From a virus: a stretch of DNA of 64,000 bases. Made by a program: the position numbers and the translations under genes. The notes beneath the pieces were generated by a model. That model was not told the origin of the DNA and did no database searches. It worked only from the letters and a program-made list of their open reading frames with translations. The DNA is taken from the IMG/VR virus record IMGVR_UViG_3300045988_170943, positions 64,001 to 128,000 of that record. One strand, given 5' to 3'. Positions 48,584 to 57,700 of the stretch are shown here, one piece after another (within the stretch, counting starts at the first letter, position 1; the number at the start of each line of letters is the position of its first letter).

Positions 48584-48627
48584 CTGGGTGGTGGGCCCAT
48601 CATTTCAGATTGAGTCCACCACCCAGT
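48584..48627. terminator. bidirectional terminator hairpin (11-bp stem ctgggtggtgg/ccaccacccag)
   Basis: Marks the end of the NAD operon and sits at a convergent junction with the 48641..48982 (-) gene. Confidence 0.5.
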
Positions 48628-48640
48628 TCATATCATCTAG

Positions 48641-48982
48641 TCACCACCCGTAGTCGATATGACCAGCGTCCTCCCGCGACACGCCGAACCGGGCCGTGAG
48701 ACGGTCCTCGGTGTTCTGGTAGATCGCCTCCTCGCTCGGATCCCCGTCATCTGGAGTGAAGGACGCGCTGTCCAGCCCCACCAGGTTCGGGTAGATGTCG
48801 CTCAGGGCGGCCACCTCTCCATCCTCGTCCTCCACCATGATGGTGCACTCCCACGTCGCTCCCTCTCCACAGTTTCCGTCCTGAGGGGTGTCGGTGAATG
48901 CGGGGCCTGACCACTTCAGGTAGAACGGCACCTCCTTCAACGAGAAGTTGCCTGTCATGGTCTGGAAGATGCTTGACATCAT
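48641..48982 (-). CDS. hypothetical acidic protein
   Basis: 113 aa, rich in Asp/Glu. Confidence 0.45.
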   Translation of the reverse strand: MMSSIFQTMTGNFSLKEVPFYLKWSGPAFTDTPQDGNCGEGATWECTIMVEDEDGEVAALSDIYPNLVGLDSASFTPDDGDPSEEAIYQNTEDRLTARFGVSREDAGHIDYGW

Positions 48983-49162
48983 TACTCTTTCTGCTAGCAG
49001 GTGGGGAACATCCTCATTCCCTCAACTTGACAACTCAACCATACGACCTGCCACCTTGCGGAGTCAAATCCAAGTAGTGTGAACTGCCTCATTGCATCAG
49101 GGGAGCGTCCGCTTACCTGAGGTATTGAAGGTGAAGCGTGTTCTTGTTATCGCCCGCAATTT

Positions 49163-50332
49163 TCACCTGTCCTTTTTGAGGATATACAGGTTAGGCCATT
49201 CACCTTCCCTGTTCTCACACTGAACATATGAGTGGTTTTGCAGGTCAATGGTCTTATCAGGAAGAGTAAGTTGTTGTGCGGAGAACTTTTTCACACGAAC
49301 ATAGAACTCATCTACCCTCACTACATCCTCACCCGAAAAGAGACATGTTAGGTGACTCGCAGCAGGATGGTGGTACATTGATTTTCTGAAAGGTCTTTGA
49401 GTATAGAGAGGAACACCTTCCATGATGGACGAGTTTGTGGAGATGAAATTGTCTCCATCTTCCTCAGATTTCACGTTATGCAGCGGAAAGTGACCAACCC
49501 ATCTACCATCTTCACCTTTTCTGAATCCTGCAAACATCAGATCCATCTCAATGCTTGCGTGTTCCACATCAGGGGCCAAGGTGCCGCCATGCGCGACGAA
49601 CCTGCCCGGACTGACGTCACGCCCCTTCACGCGAACAACCACAGACGAGGTGAGCATGTCAGCAGGCTCACCAGTCGGCATGTATGTGATGTCTGTTCTG
49701 TCCTTCGCAACCTCCACCTTAGCCCCGTCTGACACCTCCTTGATAGCCACATCACCTTTGACGGACCCAACGACAGCATTATTGCCTACCATGCGAGTAA
49801 CACGGGAGTTTCCTGACATGAAGTCCACATGGCATCTTAGTTCATTGATGGAAGAGTCCCCAACAACCTCCACGATAGTACTATGCTCGTCCGTGAGGCA
49901 TATCTCCCCGCCGTTAATCTTCAAAACCTCTGTGCCACAAAGGATAAGAGCACATGAGTCCACCATCTCAATGATACAACTATTGGAGATTTCCCCAACT
50001 TCAACCCCGTCAAAAAGGCTCACCATCGAGTCGGTGATTTTGTGGACCCTTACTCTCCCCTCTGCCCCAAGGTATCGACAGTTCTCTACAGAGAAGAACT
50101 CAATAGGCGTCGCTTTACTTTCAGAGAAAATGTTGGCGTGATCCATGTTAGTGAGAGTGTCAACACTCGCCTTAATGATCACCTTAGCGTTTGAGCCCGA
50201 TTCTCGTCTTGCAGCCCCGTCAAGCGTCCCAATGATGCTACTGGTGACGACAACCTTCTCTAAGTCAAGGGCATCCCAGTTGATGGCTTCCCACTCTTGA
50301 ACGCTTGCAACATTCACTGTCGAGGCGGACAT
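49163..50332 (-). CDS. paralog family B protein (beta-solenoid-like)
   Basis: The SD 'gagaagggg' precedes the ATG. Shares repeats with the 29443 and 32970 ORFs. Confidence 0.5.
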   Translation of the reverse strand: MSASTVNVASVQEWEAINWDALDLEKVVVTSSIIGTLDGAARRESGSNAKVIIKASVDTLTNMDHANIFSESKATPIEFFSVENCRYLGAEGRVRVHKITDSMVSLFDGVEVGEISNSCIIEMVDSCALILCGTEVLKINGGEICLTDEHSTIVEVVGDSSINELRCHVDFMSGNSRVTRMVGNNAVVGSVKGDVAIKEVSDGAKVEVAKDRTDITYMPTGEPADMLTSSVVVRVKGRDVSPGRFVAHGGTLAPDVEHASIEMDLMFAGFRKGEDGRWVGHFPLHNVKSEEDGDNFISTNSSIMEGVPLYTQRPFRKSMYHHPAASHLTCLFSGEDVVRVDEFYVRVKKFSAQQLTLPDKTIDLQNHSYVQCENREGEWPNLYILKKDR

Positions 50333-50442
50333 GACGGTACCCCTTCTCTCACATGCAGTAACATCCCATACTTGTTGTTATCCTACCTCCAGAGAAAGGG
50401 GTACACCATCAAAACAAGTTGCACACCTAAACCCTAGATCTC

Positions 50443-50601
50443 TTACTCCGAGTCGTCACACGTCAGGTCGCCCTGGGTGAACTCGATGTGCTTCCCAAAC
50501 GGGGACGGCCTGGAGAACAGTCGCTCAAGCCGCCTCGTGTCCGCAAGCGGCTCATCCAGAATCCTTGTGATCTCATCAAACTGGTCACTGGTGACAATCA
50601 T
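50443..50601 (-). CDS. small protein (52 aa, MIVTSDQFDEITRILDEPLADTRRLERLFS...)
   Basis: Not in the ORF track. The strong SD 'aaggagaagg' lies 6 nt upstream of the ATG. Confidence 0.45.
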   Translation of the reverse strand: MIVTSDQFDEITRILDEPLADTRRLERLFSRPSPFGKHIEFTQGDLTCDDSE

Positions 50602-50632
50602 GTCCTTCTCCTTCTAGAGGCTGGTTGTGGAT

Positions 50633-50923
50633 TCAATTACTGCGGACGCTAGATGTGTCCTGGTGGGCATCTATGCTGGCGGCCATCTGACTGATAAACT
50701 GCCCTTCAAGATAGGAGATGGCGACATTAAAGTCCCTCCGAGACAGCATGGCAGTGATCTCACAAGTGTCATCCGAGAGGATGTGACTACTAACGTGACA
50801 GTGGAACAGGTCATACATTCCTGCACGCGCCCACTCTGTGTAGGTGCTAATAGGGCGGCGAGACAGGTACTCCTGCTTCCATGTCACTGTGAAGACACTA
50901 GGGTACGTCTTAGGGGATGCCAT
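50633..50923 (-). CDS. hypothetical protein
   Basis: The SD 'aaggaaagagag' precedes the ATG. Confidence 0.5.
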   Translation of the reverse strand: MASPKTYPSVFTVTWKQEYLSRRPISTYTEWARAGMYDLFHCHVSSHILSDDTCEITAMLSRRDFNVAISYLEGQFISQMAASIDAHQDTSSVRSN

Positions 50924-51108
50924 GTTCCACTCTCTTTCCTTGAATCGCCTGACGACTGTATGTACTCAGTGTAGTGCGTGATGGGACCGGCCTGCAACCT
51001 GATACCTTGTGATGTTGTTCACTTGGTGGTGGCTTGCGCCCGCTAGTGTGCCCTGCTAGTATTGTCATTGAACACGGAAGCCACTGAGCAGTGAAAGGGA
51101 TGTTCAAA

Positions 51109-51411
51109 ATGGCACAAGAGATGACCCTCAACGAGGCGATTGAGCACCTTGTTTCCGATCTTATCGATGAGATGAACACTATCGCCGAGTACAATCCTCA
51201 GTCGCACACCCTGGACATGGGGGATACCGTTGTTCGTTTCGATGAAGGCGGTAACAACTTCATCATTGACGTTGAAGATAAGGTTACTGGTCGATGGACT
51301 GAGGTGTGGCCTTCTGTCCGTGGGCGTGACGCATTCCCATGCGAGGATCTTGACGACAAGGAGATCAAGCACATCGCTAAGCAGATTGTTGCCTTCATTG
51401 ACGGCGAGTAA
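51109..51411 (+). CDS. hypothetical acidic protein
   Basis: The SD 'aaaggg' precedes the ATG (MAQEMTLNE...). The start may be 51091 or 51100. Confidence 0.45.
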   Translation: MAQEMTLNEAIEHLVSDLIDEMNTIAEYNPQSHTLDMGDTVVRFDEGGNNFIIDVEDKVTGRWTEVWPSVRGRDAFPCEDLDDKEIKHIAKQIVAFIDGE

Positions 51412-51469
51412 CGAAGTCAACAATTCGCAAACTGACTGGGAAAATATGACACAGGGAGAAGGAGGCGTT

Positions 51470-51688
51470 ATGGGGACAGAGAGCACTCAAAACAGCAAGG
51501 TCAGTCCAGGTCTCATCATGACTGTCGCAGTGCTGCTGATTATTGAGGCCGCTGTCGGCTTACTCATCGGGTACGCAATGCAAGCGTCTGGGGTCAGTAC
51601 CCCCATGATGGCTGCTGTATGTGCTGCAATGATCGTGTCTTTCATTGCAGCAGGATTGGTCATCTGTCGTAAGTGGAACAACGACTAA
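51470..51688 (+). CDS. small membrane protein (72 aa)
   Basis: The SD 'ggagaaggaggcgtt' precedes the ATG. Two TM segments. Confidence 0.5.
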   Translation: MGTESTQNSKVSPGLIMTVAVLLIIEAAVGLLIGYAMQASGVSTPMMAAVCAAMIVSFIAAGLVICRKWNND

Positions 51689-51741
51689 AGCAAACCGCCT
51701 CATCTCACAATCCACGAAACCAAGAGCACAGGAGAAACAAC

Positions 51742-52125
51742 ATGGACACCCAGATGCCCCATTCCGTTAAAGTCACCATGGACATTGAGGACGGTCGAGA
51801 GGTTCACACCGCCTCCCTCCTTAACGAGGACGGGGAGACCCTTATGGATGCAGACATGGTTCGCAGTCCTGCACTGTACAAGTTCCTTGTTATCGCCTGC
51901 CTTAGCGCCGAGGGCCATAAGATGGAATCCTTTGAGAATGGATCCAATGTGATGACGGCTGTGTTCCCTGCTGACTCTGAGGATAAGAACTGGAGAGAGG
52001 CTTGCTATGCTTATGCTTTCTCCCTTAACCTGATTGAAGTTGTTAGGGGGTCTGATGTGATGGGAGGGTTCCATGGCTTCCATGATGAAGATGGAAACTT
52101 CGAGCGAATCTCGTTCACTAAGTGA
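51742..52125 (+). CDS. hypothetical protein
   Basis: The SD 'caggagaaacaac' precedes the ATG. Confidence 0.55.
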   Translation: MDTQMPHSVKVTMDIEDGREVHTASLLNEDGETLMDADMVRSPALYKFLVIACLSAEGHKMESFENGSNVMTAVFPADSEDKNWREACYAYAFSLNLIEVVRGSDVMGGFHGFHDEDGNFERISFTK

Positions 52126-52193
52126 ATATATGATTGGCGTTCTGTCCTGTTCTCATGAAGGTATTGACACCGCAAAGATTGAGGGTGCTTTGA

Positions 52194-52955
52194 ATGGCTA
52201 GCACATCCACAAGCAACCTTATTCAGTACGTTAAGTGCATCCTTTCCCCACTTGTAGGGCGGGAAGTGTTCAACTTCGTTAAGGTTATCACCGACAAGGT
52301 TGTGATCAATAACGTGGGGTCGGCAATCAAGAAGGATCTTGTCCTATACGCGAAAGCACATGGTGAAGCCCAGCCAACTAAGGTGGCTCTTCCAACTGAG
52401 GTACTGAACATCTCCTCAATTGACACCAAGGGCTTCCCTTTCGTCCTTGACTCCATCAGTATGACGTACAAGGTTGGTTTGGAAGATCATGTCACTATTG
52501 ACCTCCTTGATTCTAGTGGTGAAGTGAAGGTTCAGGTTGTTGCTGTCCTGAAGTCTCCTGGGGCGGGCAATGTGCTCGAACTCGCTATGCATGATTATGA
52601 GGTCTCTGCGGGCCTGAAGTTCCCTGAACTGGAATACGAAGGGGCAACAAATGTTGATGCCTTGAAACGGGCCGCGAACGACGTGAAAGAAGTAGCCAAC
52701 CACCTCATTCACCCTTACCAGAGTTTCAGCAAGAGCAGCACTATGCTTCCAGTTGGTGGAGACGACGGCTGCGGGTGCCTTGAAGTCAGGGTAGTCGAGA
52801 GTCACCCTATGGTTCGCCTCTCGTTCCTTATCACCTCGTTCAGACCCTCGCACGCGGGATGGCTCGCTGACGACATCACTACCAGGGTGATTGGGGCACT
52901 GACTGAGAAGGGATACATGGTTGAGGCAGGATCCAAGAGCATGAGTTTCTGGTAG
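52194..52955 (+). CDS. paralog family C protein (with 965..1759)
   Basis: Shares motifs with the 965 ORF. Confidence 0.55.
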   Translation: MASTSTSNLIQYVKCILSPLVGREVFNFVKVITDKVVINNVGSAIKKDLVLYAKAHGEAQPTKVALPTEVLNISSIDTKGFPFVLDSISMTYKVGLEDHVTIDLLDSSGEVKVQVVAVLKSPGAGNVLELAMHDYEVSAGLKFPELEYEGATNVDALKRAANDVKEVANHLIHPYQSFSKSSTMLPVGGDDGCGCLEVRVVESHPMVRLSFLITSFRPSHAGWLADDITTRVIGALTEKGYMVEAGSKSMSFW

Positions 52956-52976
52956 GCAACAACTAGAACACTCCGA

Positions 52977-53034
52977 AAGATTGCCCCTAGAAGGAGTGCC
53001 TGTACCTTGAGTTATCCTTCTAGGGGCAATCTTG
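52977..53034. terminator. bidirectional terminator hairpin (perfect 19-bp stem)
   Basis: Stem 'aagattgcccctagaagga...tccttctaggggcaatctt'. Confidence 0.6.
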
Positions 53035-53086
53035 TTGACATCCTTTCAGTATTCCATTCCTAGTAAGAGAATGGCATCACTGCGAG

Positions 53087-53875
53087 TCACAGTCTCCCTG
53101 TCGTCACGAATACTTCAGGTCGCTCATCCTCATAGGTGTCAACCATGAGAGTGACCTCCAGAACAGGTTTACCAGTATCGTCAACCGCCTCAATAACCAC
53201 AGTAGCCATCATATGATCACTGGATACTGGATTGGACTTCTGGCTCAGAATCCTGACGTCATGAATCTTGGCTTTTTGGAAGAACTTGTAGTTACAAACC
53301 CACGTATCATCCCTGTAGTCACATGACGACTTATTGTCAATAATAGTGACTGTCTCAGCACCACCATCAAGAACGATCTTGACGCTATCCTCCGTGTGCT
53401 CCATTCTGGCGGCTTTATGACCGCTCAGAGAATCAATAATCTTCTTGATGTCAGAATCTTGGGTTGAGAACAGCAGATTACTAGTGCACTCAGGCCGGTA
53501 TGTTTTTACGTCATCAATCTCTGACTCACCAGCATAGAAGACAAGATCGAATGCGTCTTTGAAACCGTGAACATGGATCCTCACAATGTCTCGTTCCGCT
53601 TCACTGACCTTAGTGACGGACGAGGCAACCGCACCTTCAGCCCTGTCAATGTTAGGAGAGATGGTGAACCATGCACCGTCAACAAGCACCGACAGCCCAT
53701 CATACGTCTTGATAAGCAAGTGTGAGTAGCAGTCAGTTTCCCTCTTCTCGACCATTTCAATACGGCGCCCAACCATCTCACTGAGAGCATCCTGCACATT
53801 ATCGCATATGAAAGCACACATTAGGTCTCCCTTTACTTGTTCTCCGACTTCAACCAGTAGCATAAGCCGAAACAC
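53087..53875 (-). CDS. paralog family D protein (tandem duplicate with 53972..54745)
   Basis: Shares 'VGRR', 'I.EAVDD.G.PV...L' and 'I.HDV.I.Q' motifs with its neighbour. Confidence 0.5.
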   Translation of the reverse strand: MFRLMLLVEVGEQVKGDLMCAFICDNVQDALSEMVGRRIEMVEKRETDCYSHLLIKTYDGLSVLVDGAWFTISPNIDRAEGAVASSVTKVSEAERDIVRIHVHGFKDAFDLVFYAGESEIDDVKTYRPECTSNLLFSTQDSDIKKIIDSLSGHKAARMEHTEDSVKIVLDGGAETVTIIDNKSSCDYRDDTWVCNYKFFQKAKIHDVRILSQKSNPVSSDHMMATVVIEAVDDTGKPVLEVTLMVDTYEDERPEVFVTTGRL

Positions 53876-53971
53876 AGGTGAAGGTCAACCCTTAGTGAGA
53901 GTGAGATAGGTAACTCACGTCACACTTGAGGGTCAACCTTCATGTCCGTCTTGGATGATCGGAGGTGACGG

Positions 53972-54745
53972 CTAGTTCGCCTGCATCACAATCAGAGGCA
54001 TACGCTCCTTGCCTTCCGCAGTCGTAGCCAGGTAGATATCCATAACAGGATCTCCGCAGTCGTCAACGGCCTCCAGAATGGAGGTTCCCTGATTCTCCCC
54101 AGTTGAAGACACCCAGGATCCCTGCTGCGCGATACTCACGTCATGGATGATGATCCGCTCCTGGTATAACTTGTGGTAGCGAACCCAGGTGACAGGCTCA
54201 TGACCGTTGTTGGCGTCCTTAATAGTCAAGATACCATTCTCGCCACTGTTATCAACGAAGTGGATGCTGATCTCGTCCTCACCATCCCTGTCCACCTTGT
54301 CAACGCTGACACCAATGAGCGACTTAGCGATGGAGGACACATCACTGTCGTAGTGGGAGAACATTCGAGGGGCTGAGTAAGTCGCACAAACCCACTCGGC
54401 AGCAACACTGTTCTCATCCTGAAACTCAACATGGAGCAGGATTCTACCTTCGCTCTGCCTCAGTGACAGACGTCGCATCAAAGGATTCCAGTACACTTCT
54501 TCGACCACATGCCCTTCAAGGAGATCACTGAAGTGCTTGGTCAGAGTGATTCCCTTTGCGGAAATCTTCAGGTAACTTCCGACTGGGGTTTTGATACGAA
54601 GCAGGTCGTTACCATGCTCTTGAGTTAAAGTAACACTTTGGACTCGCCTACCGACAAGAAGTCGAGCCTCATCGTAGACAGCATCCTCTTGCTTGCCTTC
54701 TGCCATTACACTACCCTTCCTACCTGGGTGCTCAATCATTGACAC
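53972..54745 (-). CDS. paralog family D protein
   Basis: See the 53087 ORF. Confidence 0.5.
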   Translation of the reverse strand: MSMIEHPGRKGSVMAEGKQEDAVYDEARLLVGRRVQSVTLTQEHGNDLLRIKTPVGSYLKISAKGITLTKHFSDLLEGHVVEEVYWNPLMRRLSLRQSEGRILLHVEFQDENSVAAEWVCATYSAPRMFSHYDSDVSSIAKSLIGVSVDKVDRDGEDEISIHFVDNSGENGILTIKDANNGHEPVTWVRYHKLYQERIIIHDVSIAQQGSWVSSTGENQGTSILEAVDDCGDPVMDIYLATTAEGKERMPLIVMQAN

Positions 54746-54750
54746 CCGGG

Positions 54751-55020
54751 CTACTCAACCCGCTCATAGGTCTCAAAGAAGATGTCACGGCGGCAGCAAT
54801 AGTGCTCACCTCGCACACCCTCAATGACGTACCCACCAAAGGCCCCATGCATTGGACCCTCCAGTGTCGGAATCGTGATACCGCCATCCACGACCTCGCC
54901 ACCAACCCAATCAGCGACCTCCTGGGCGTTACCCTCAGTCAGTTCAACCGCTTTGATCCTCGTTGGACGCTTCTGCCAGCACTCAATCTTCATACTCTGT
55001 ACTCTTCCCCTAGATTTCAT
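54751..55020 (-). CDS. hypothetical small protein
   Basis: 89-aa ORF. Confidence 0.45.
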   Translation of the reverse strand: MKSRGRVQSMKIECWQKRPTRIKAVELTEGNAQEVADWVGGEVVDGGITIPTLEGPMHGAFGGYVIEGVRGEHYCCRRDIFFETYERVE

Positions 55021-55109
55021 TCAGGTTGCTTCTAGTTGTCAACTCAAACACATGCCTCATTTGTCTAAGTCACCTGCATCTACGTCACACAAATGGTTCT
55101 GTGATCGCT

Positions 55110-55718
55110 TTAGAGATTACCATCGATCTCGCTAATGGCTGCATTAATGTACGCTCGCACGTTGCTGATGACGTCCTCTTCGTCATCATCGAGAGGGAGT
55201 TCTCCTTCTGGGCTGACAACAACGTGTGTGCTACTGATGTCATGATCATCGAACTCGATATACCCGATGATCCTGGAGATTCCGAAAATCTCAACCTTCA
55301 TACCTTCTTCGACCTGACAAACAACAGATCGGCCTGAAATTAGACTCTTTCGGATGAAAGATTCGTCAATGTAGGTGATAAAGTACTCCATCACCTTGAC
55401 GCGAAATACATCTCGACTAATCAGCATGATAATGTCGTCAACAGGATGGATTGACGAGATGGTTCGCACACCATAGATCCCGTCTATTGTCACCTCATCA
55501 TATTTGTCAGTGATGCTGTAACTGAGTAGCGTGTCATCGTTCTCGATAGAGAAGCACCCGTACCAGTTTCCGCCAGATACCTCGATGTCACCAAAACTAT
55601 TCTCTTGAATCATGAAGGCGTCTGACACCCTAAAAATCGCATCCACCAAAGCGCTCTTGATAGGGGTGAGTCCTTCTCGGTTCTTCTTAGAGAACCTGTA
55701 GTAAGTATTGTTGCCCAT
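55110..55718 (-). CDS. hypothetical acidic protein
   Basis: 202-aa ORF. Confidence 0.5.
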   Translation of the reverse strand: MGNNTYYRFSKKNREGLTPIKSALVDAIFRVSDAFMIQENSFGDIEVSGGNWYGCFSIENDDTLLSYSITDKYDEVTIDGIYGVRTISSIHPVDDIIMLISRDVFRVKVMEYFITYIDESFIRKSLISGRSVVCQVEEGMKVEIFGISRIIGYIEFDDHDISSTHVVVSPEGELPLDDDEEDVISNVRAYINAAISEIDGNL

Positions 55719-55770
55719 GGTTTATTTTCGATCTATTCTTTCGTGTGCTGATGTTTCAGTTTCTCGGGCG

Positions 55771-56028
55771 CTACTGTTCAGGGTCGTCCCACTCGAACCA
55801 GATCCCGAGGTCATCTGTCAGGTTCCCGTCCTCGTTGAATACGTTAGAGATCCGGAAAGATGATGGAGTATCAGGGCGCTCCACAACGTCAGTGCTGTCC
55901 AGGATGCGCCGCAGTGTGTCCGTACCACCAACGAATACGTATGGGGCGTCAGACCATTCGTGTGTCATGTACGAGATGTCCCGAATCAGCACAATGCTAG
56001 TCATGCGCAGAGGAACAAAAACGCGCAC
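55771..56028 (-). CDS. hypothetical small protein
   Basis: The GTG start is preceded by the SD 'taaggag' at a 7-nt spacing. Confidence 0.4.
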   Translation of the reverse strand: MRVFVPLRMTSIVLIRDISYMTHEWSDAPYVFVGGTDTLRRILDSTDVVERPDTPSSFRISNVFNEDGNLTDDLGIWFEWDDPEQ

Positions 56029-56124
56029 AGCAACTCCTTACTACTAGCAGGTCATGTTCAGGTCAGTGCCACCATAGTACATCATCAAGAGCAACACTAT
56101 CAACCCGATTAAGCATGACACAGA

Positions 56125-56577
56125 TCACATCACATCAGGATTTCTGTAGAAGGCAATGTTTCCCTCTTCGGTCACCTGCAACTGCGGTGAGAGACCGCCC
56201 GCGTCACCGACCTGGAATACCTCAACCCGTGGACCTTGCGCACCAACACCAATCATTGACATGTGAGCAACAACAACATTACCGAAACACGAACCTACAC
56301 CTTGTAGGATTGCCTCTTTGAGCAGGGTCTTGTTCTGGAACACATCTCTCACCACGGATAGGCAGGATAAGTCAGAAACATCCACCACGCAAAACTTGAG
56401 GACAGACGAGTTGCCAGCCGAATCCTCTTCGACCTCTGTCACAACTGAAGCACTATCTTCGTTTCGAATGTTTTCGACGCGGCAGCGGATTTCGTTAGCC
56501 ACGATCTGGGCGGCCTCCATGTTTCCATTGAAGAGGACGATACCACTAATTGACGCAACATTTTCTGGCACTAGCAT
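56125..56577 (-). CDS. hypothetical protein
   Basis: 150-aa ORF. Confidence 0.45.
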   Translation of the reverse strand: MLVPENVASISGIVLFNGNMEAAQIVANEIRCRVENIRNEDSASVVTEVEEDSAGNSSVLKFCVVDVSDLSCLSVVRDVFQNKTLLKEAILQGVGSCFGNVVVAHMSMIGVGAQGPRVEVFQVGDAGGLSPQLQVTEEGNIAFYRNPDVM

Positions 56578-56583
56578 CGTCTA

Positions 56584-57246
56584 TCACAGATCCTTATCTA
56601 CTCTCATTGTGTACATGTCTCCTGAGGAGTGAATGACTCGCATTTCTCCAATGAAGTGACCTCCAGTGCCCTCCCCAAAGTCAAGGAGCGTGAACCCGTT
56701 ATCGTTCAGGCAATGCTCCACTAGGATGGATGCGTGCTCAGCGTCAGACACCCTGGCAATAGTTACTCCAGCCCGATACACCTTGCCCAGAAAGTCTTCA
56801 ATCGAGTTGGACTCTTCAAGGAAGATGCGGGCACTCCCCTGACTGTCGTGATCTGAAGCCAGCGAGATGAGTGCTATCATGGCTGCCGCAATGTCGGGCG
56901 CCGCCTCTGGGGCGAGAGGGGTATCGTCAACGGCCCATCCTTCTTCGTTCCACTCAGATGCACCCTCCCAGTAGACCAGCCACAGGTCATCCTCCTTGTC
57001 GCTGGAGTCACCGAAGATGAAGAGGTTCTGGTTCTGTCGAATAAACCTTAAAGCCCTAGTAACCGCCTGATCCACCTTGGGCGACAGGAGCCCCAGCATT
57101 GACGCTCTACCTCCGCACTCTTCAATGTCGTTGAGGTGTTTGACGAACTCGGCGGGAGTATCAGCCTGTTTCAAAGACTTCACATACCCTGAAACCTCAT
57201 TGATGTTCGAAATCACTCCTGTGCCTCCTTGTGGCGCTTCTTCCAT
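56584..57246 (-). CDS. hypothetical acidic protein
   Basis: 220-aa ORF. Confidence 0.45.
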   Translation of the reverse strand: MEEAPQGGTGVISNINEVSGYVKSLKQADTPAEFVKHLNDIEECGGRASMLGLLSPKVDQAVTRALRFIRQNQNLFIFGDSSDKEDDLWLVYWEGASEWNEEGWAVDDTPLAPEAAPDIAAAMIALISLASDHDSQGSARIFLEESNSIEDFLGKVYRAGVTIARVSDAEHASILVEHCLNDNGFTLLDFGEGTGGHFIGEMRVIHSSGDMYTMRVDKDL

Positions 57247-57249
57247 CCT

Positions 57250-57700
57250 GGCTCAGTACTTCAGGCCGAAGATGCGTTTTCGGTCATCCTTACGGAACAT
57301 CTTAGGCCGATGGAACCCGAACTTGTAAACCTCAGCACCAGTGTCGTTGGTGGCTGTGATAACACCGTCAGACAGGATGTTGTATGCTCGCTCCGCCCCA
57401 GTGAGACCCGAGATGTTGACACTCGCTGACTAGGTTGGAGATCCCCTAGAATCTAGGGTTTCTCTCACCATCATCAGCGTCGCCTCGGTTTTTATTTCCG
57501 AGGTACCGGTGTGCCCCTGGATTCTACTCAGGGCAGTGACCGGTTTCGACTGCCGCGTAACAGCCGAACTTCGCATTTCCTTTCTCTGACGAAGCAGAGA
57601 ACGCATTCTCTCTCGTGTTCGAGATGAAGGAGATGCCGCACGCAGAGCAATCTCTCTGGATGCTGAGACATCCCGGTTCAACTCAAAACCACAGGTAGTG
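57250..57700 (-). ncRNA. candidate ωRNA region of TnpB3 (structured; overlaps the low-complexity C-terminal read-through of the ORF)
   Basis: The ORF tail after RuvC-III is S/R/T-rich low complexity. Palindromes 'ccctagaatctaggg' and 'cctcgg-tttttattt-ccgagg' lie in the 180-nt gap before the next gene. Confidence 0.25.

Noticed and set aside
57430-57700. C-terminal 100-residue tail of the TnpB3 ORF as genuine protein sequence
   Set aside because: It is S/R/T-rich low complexity immediately after RuvC-III and probably a read-through of the RNA-encoding right end. The CDS coordinates are kept but flagged.
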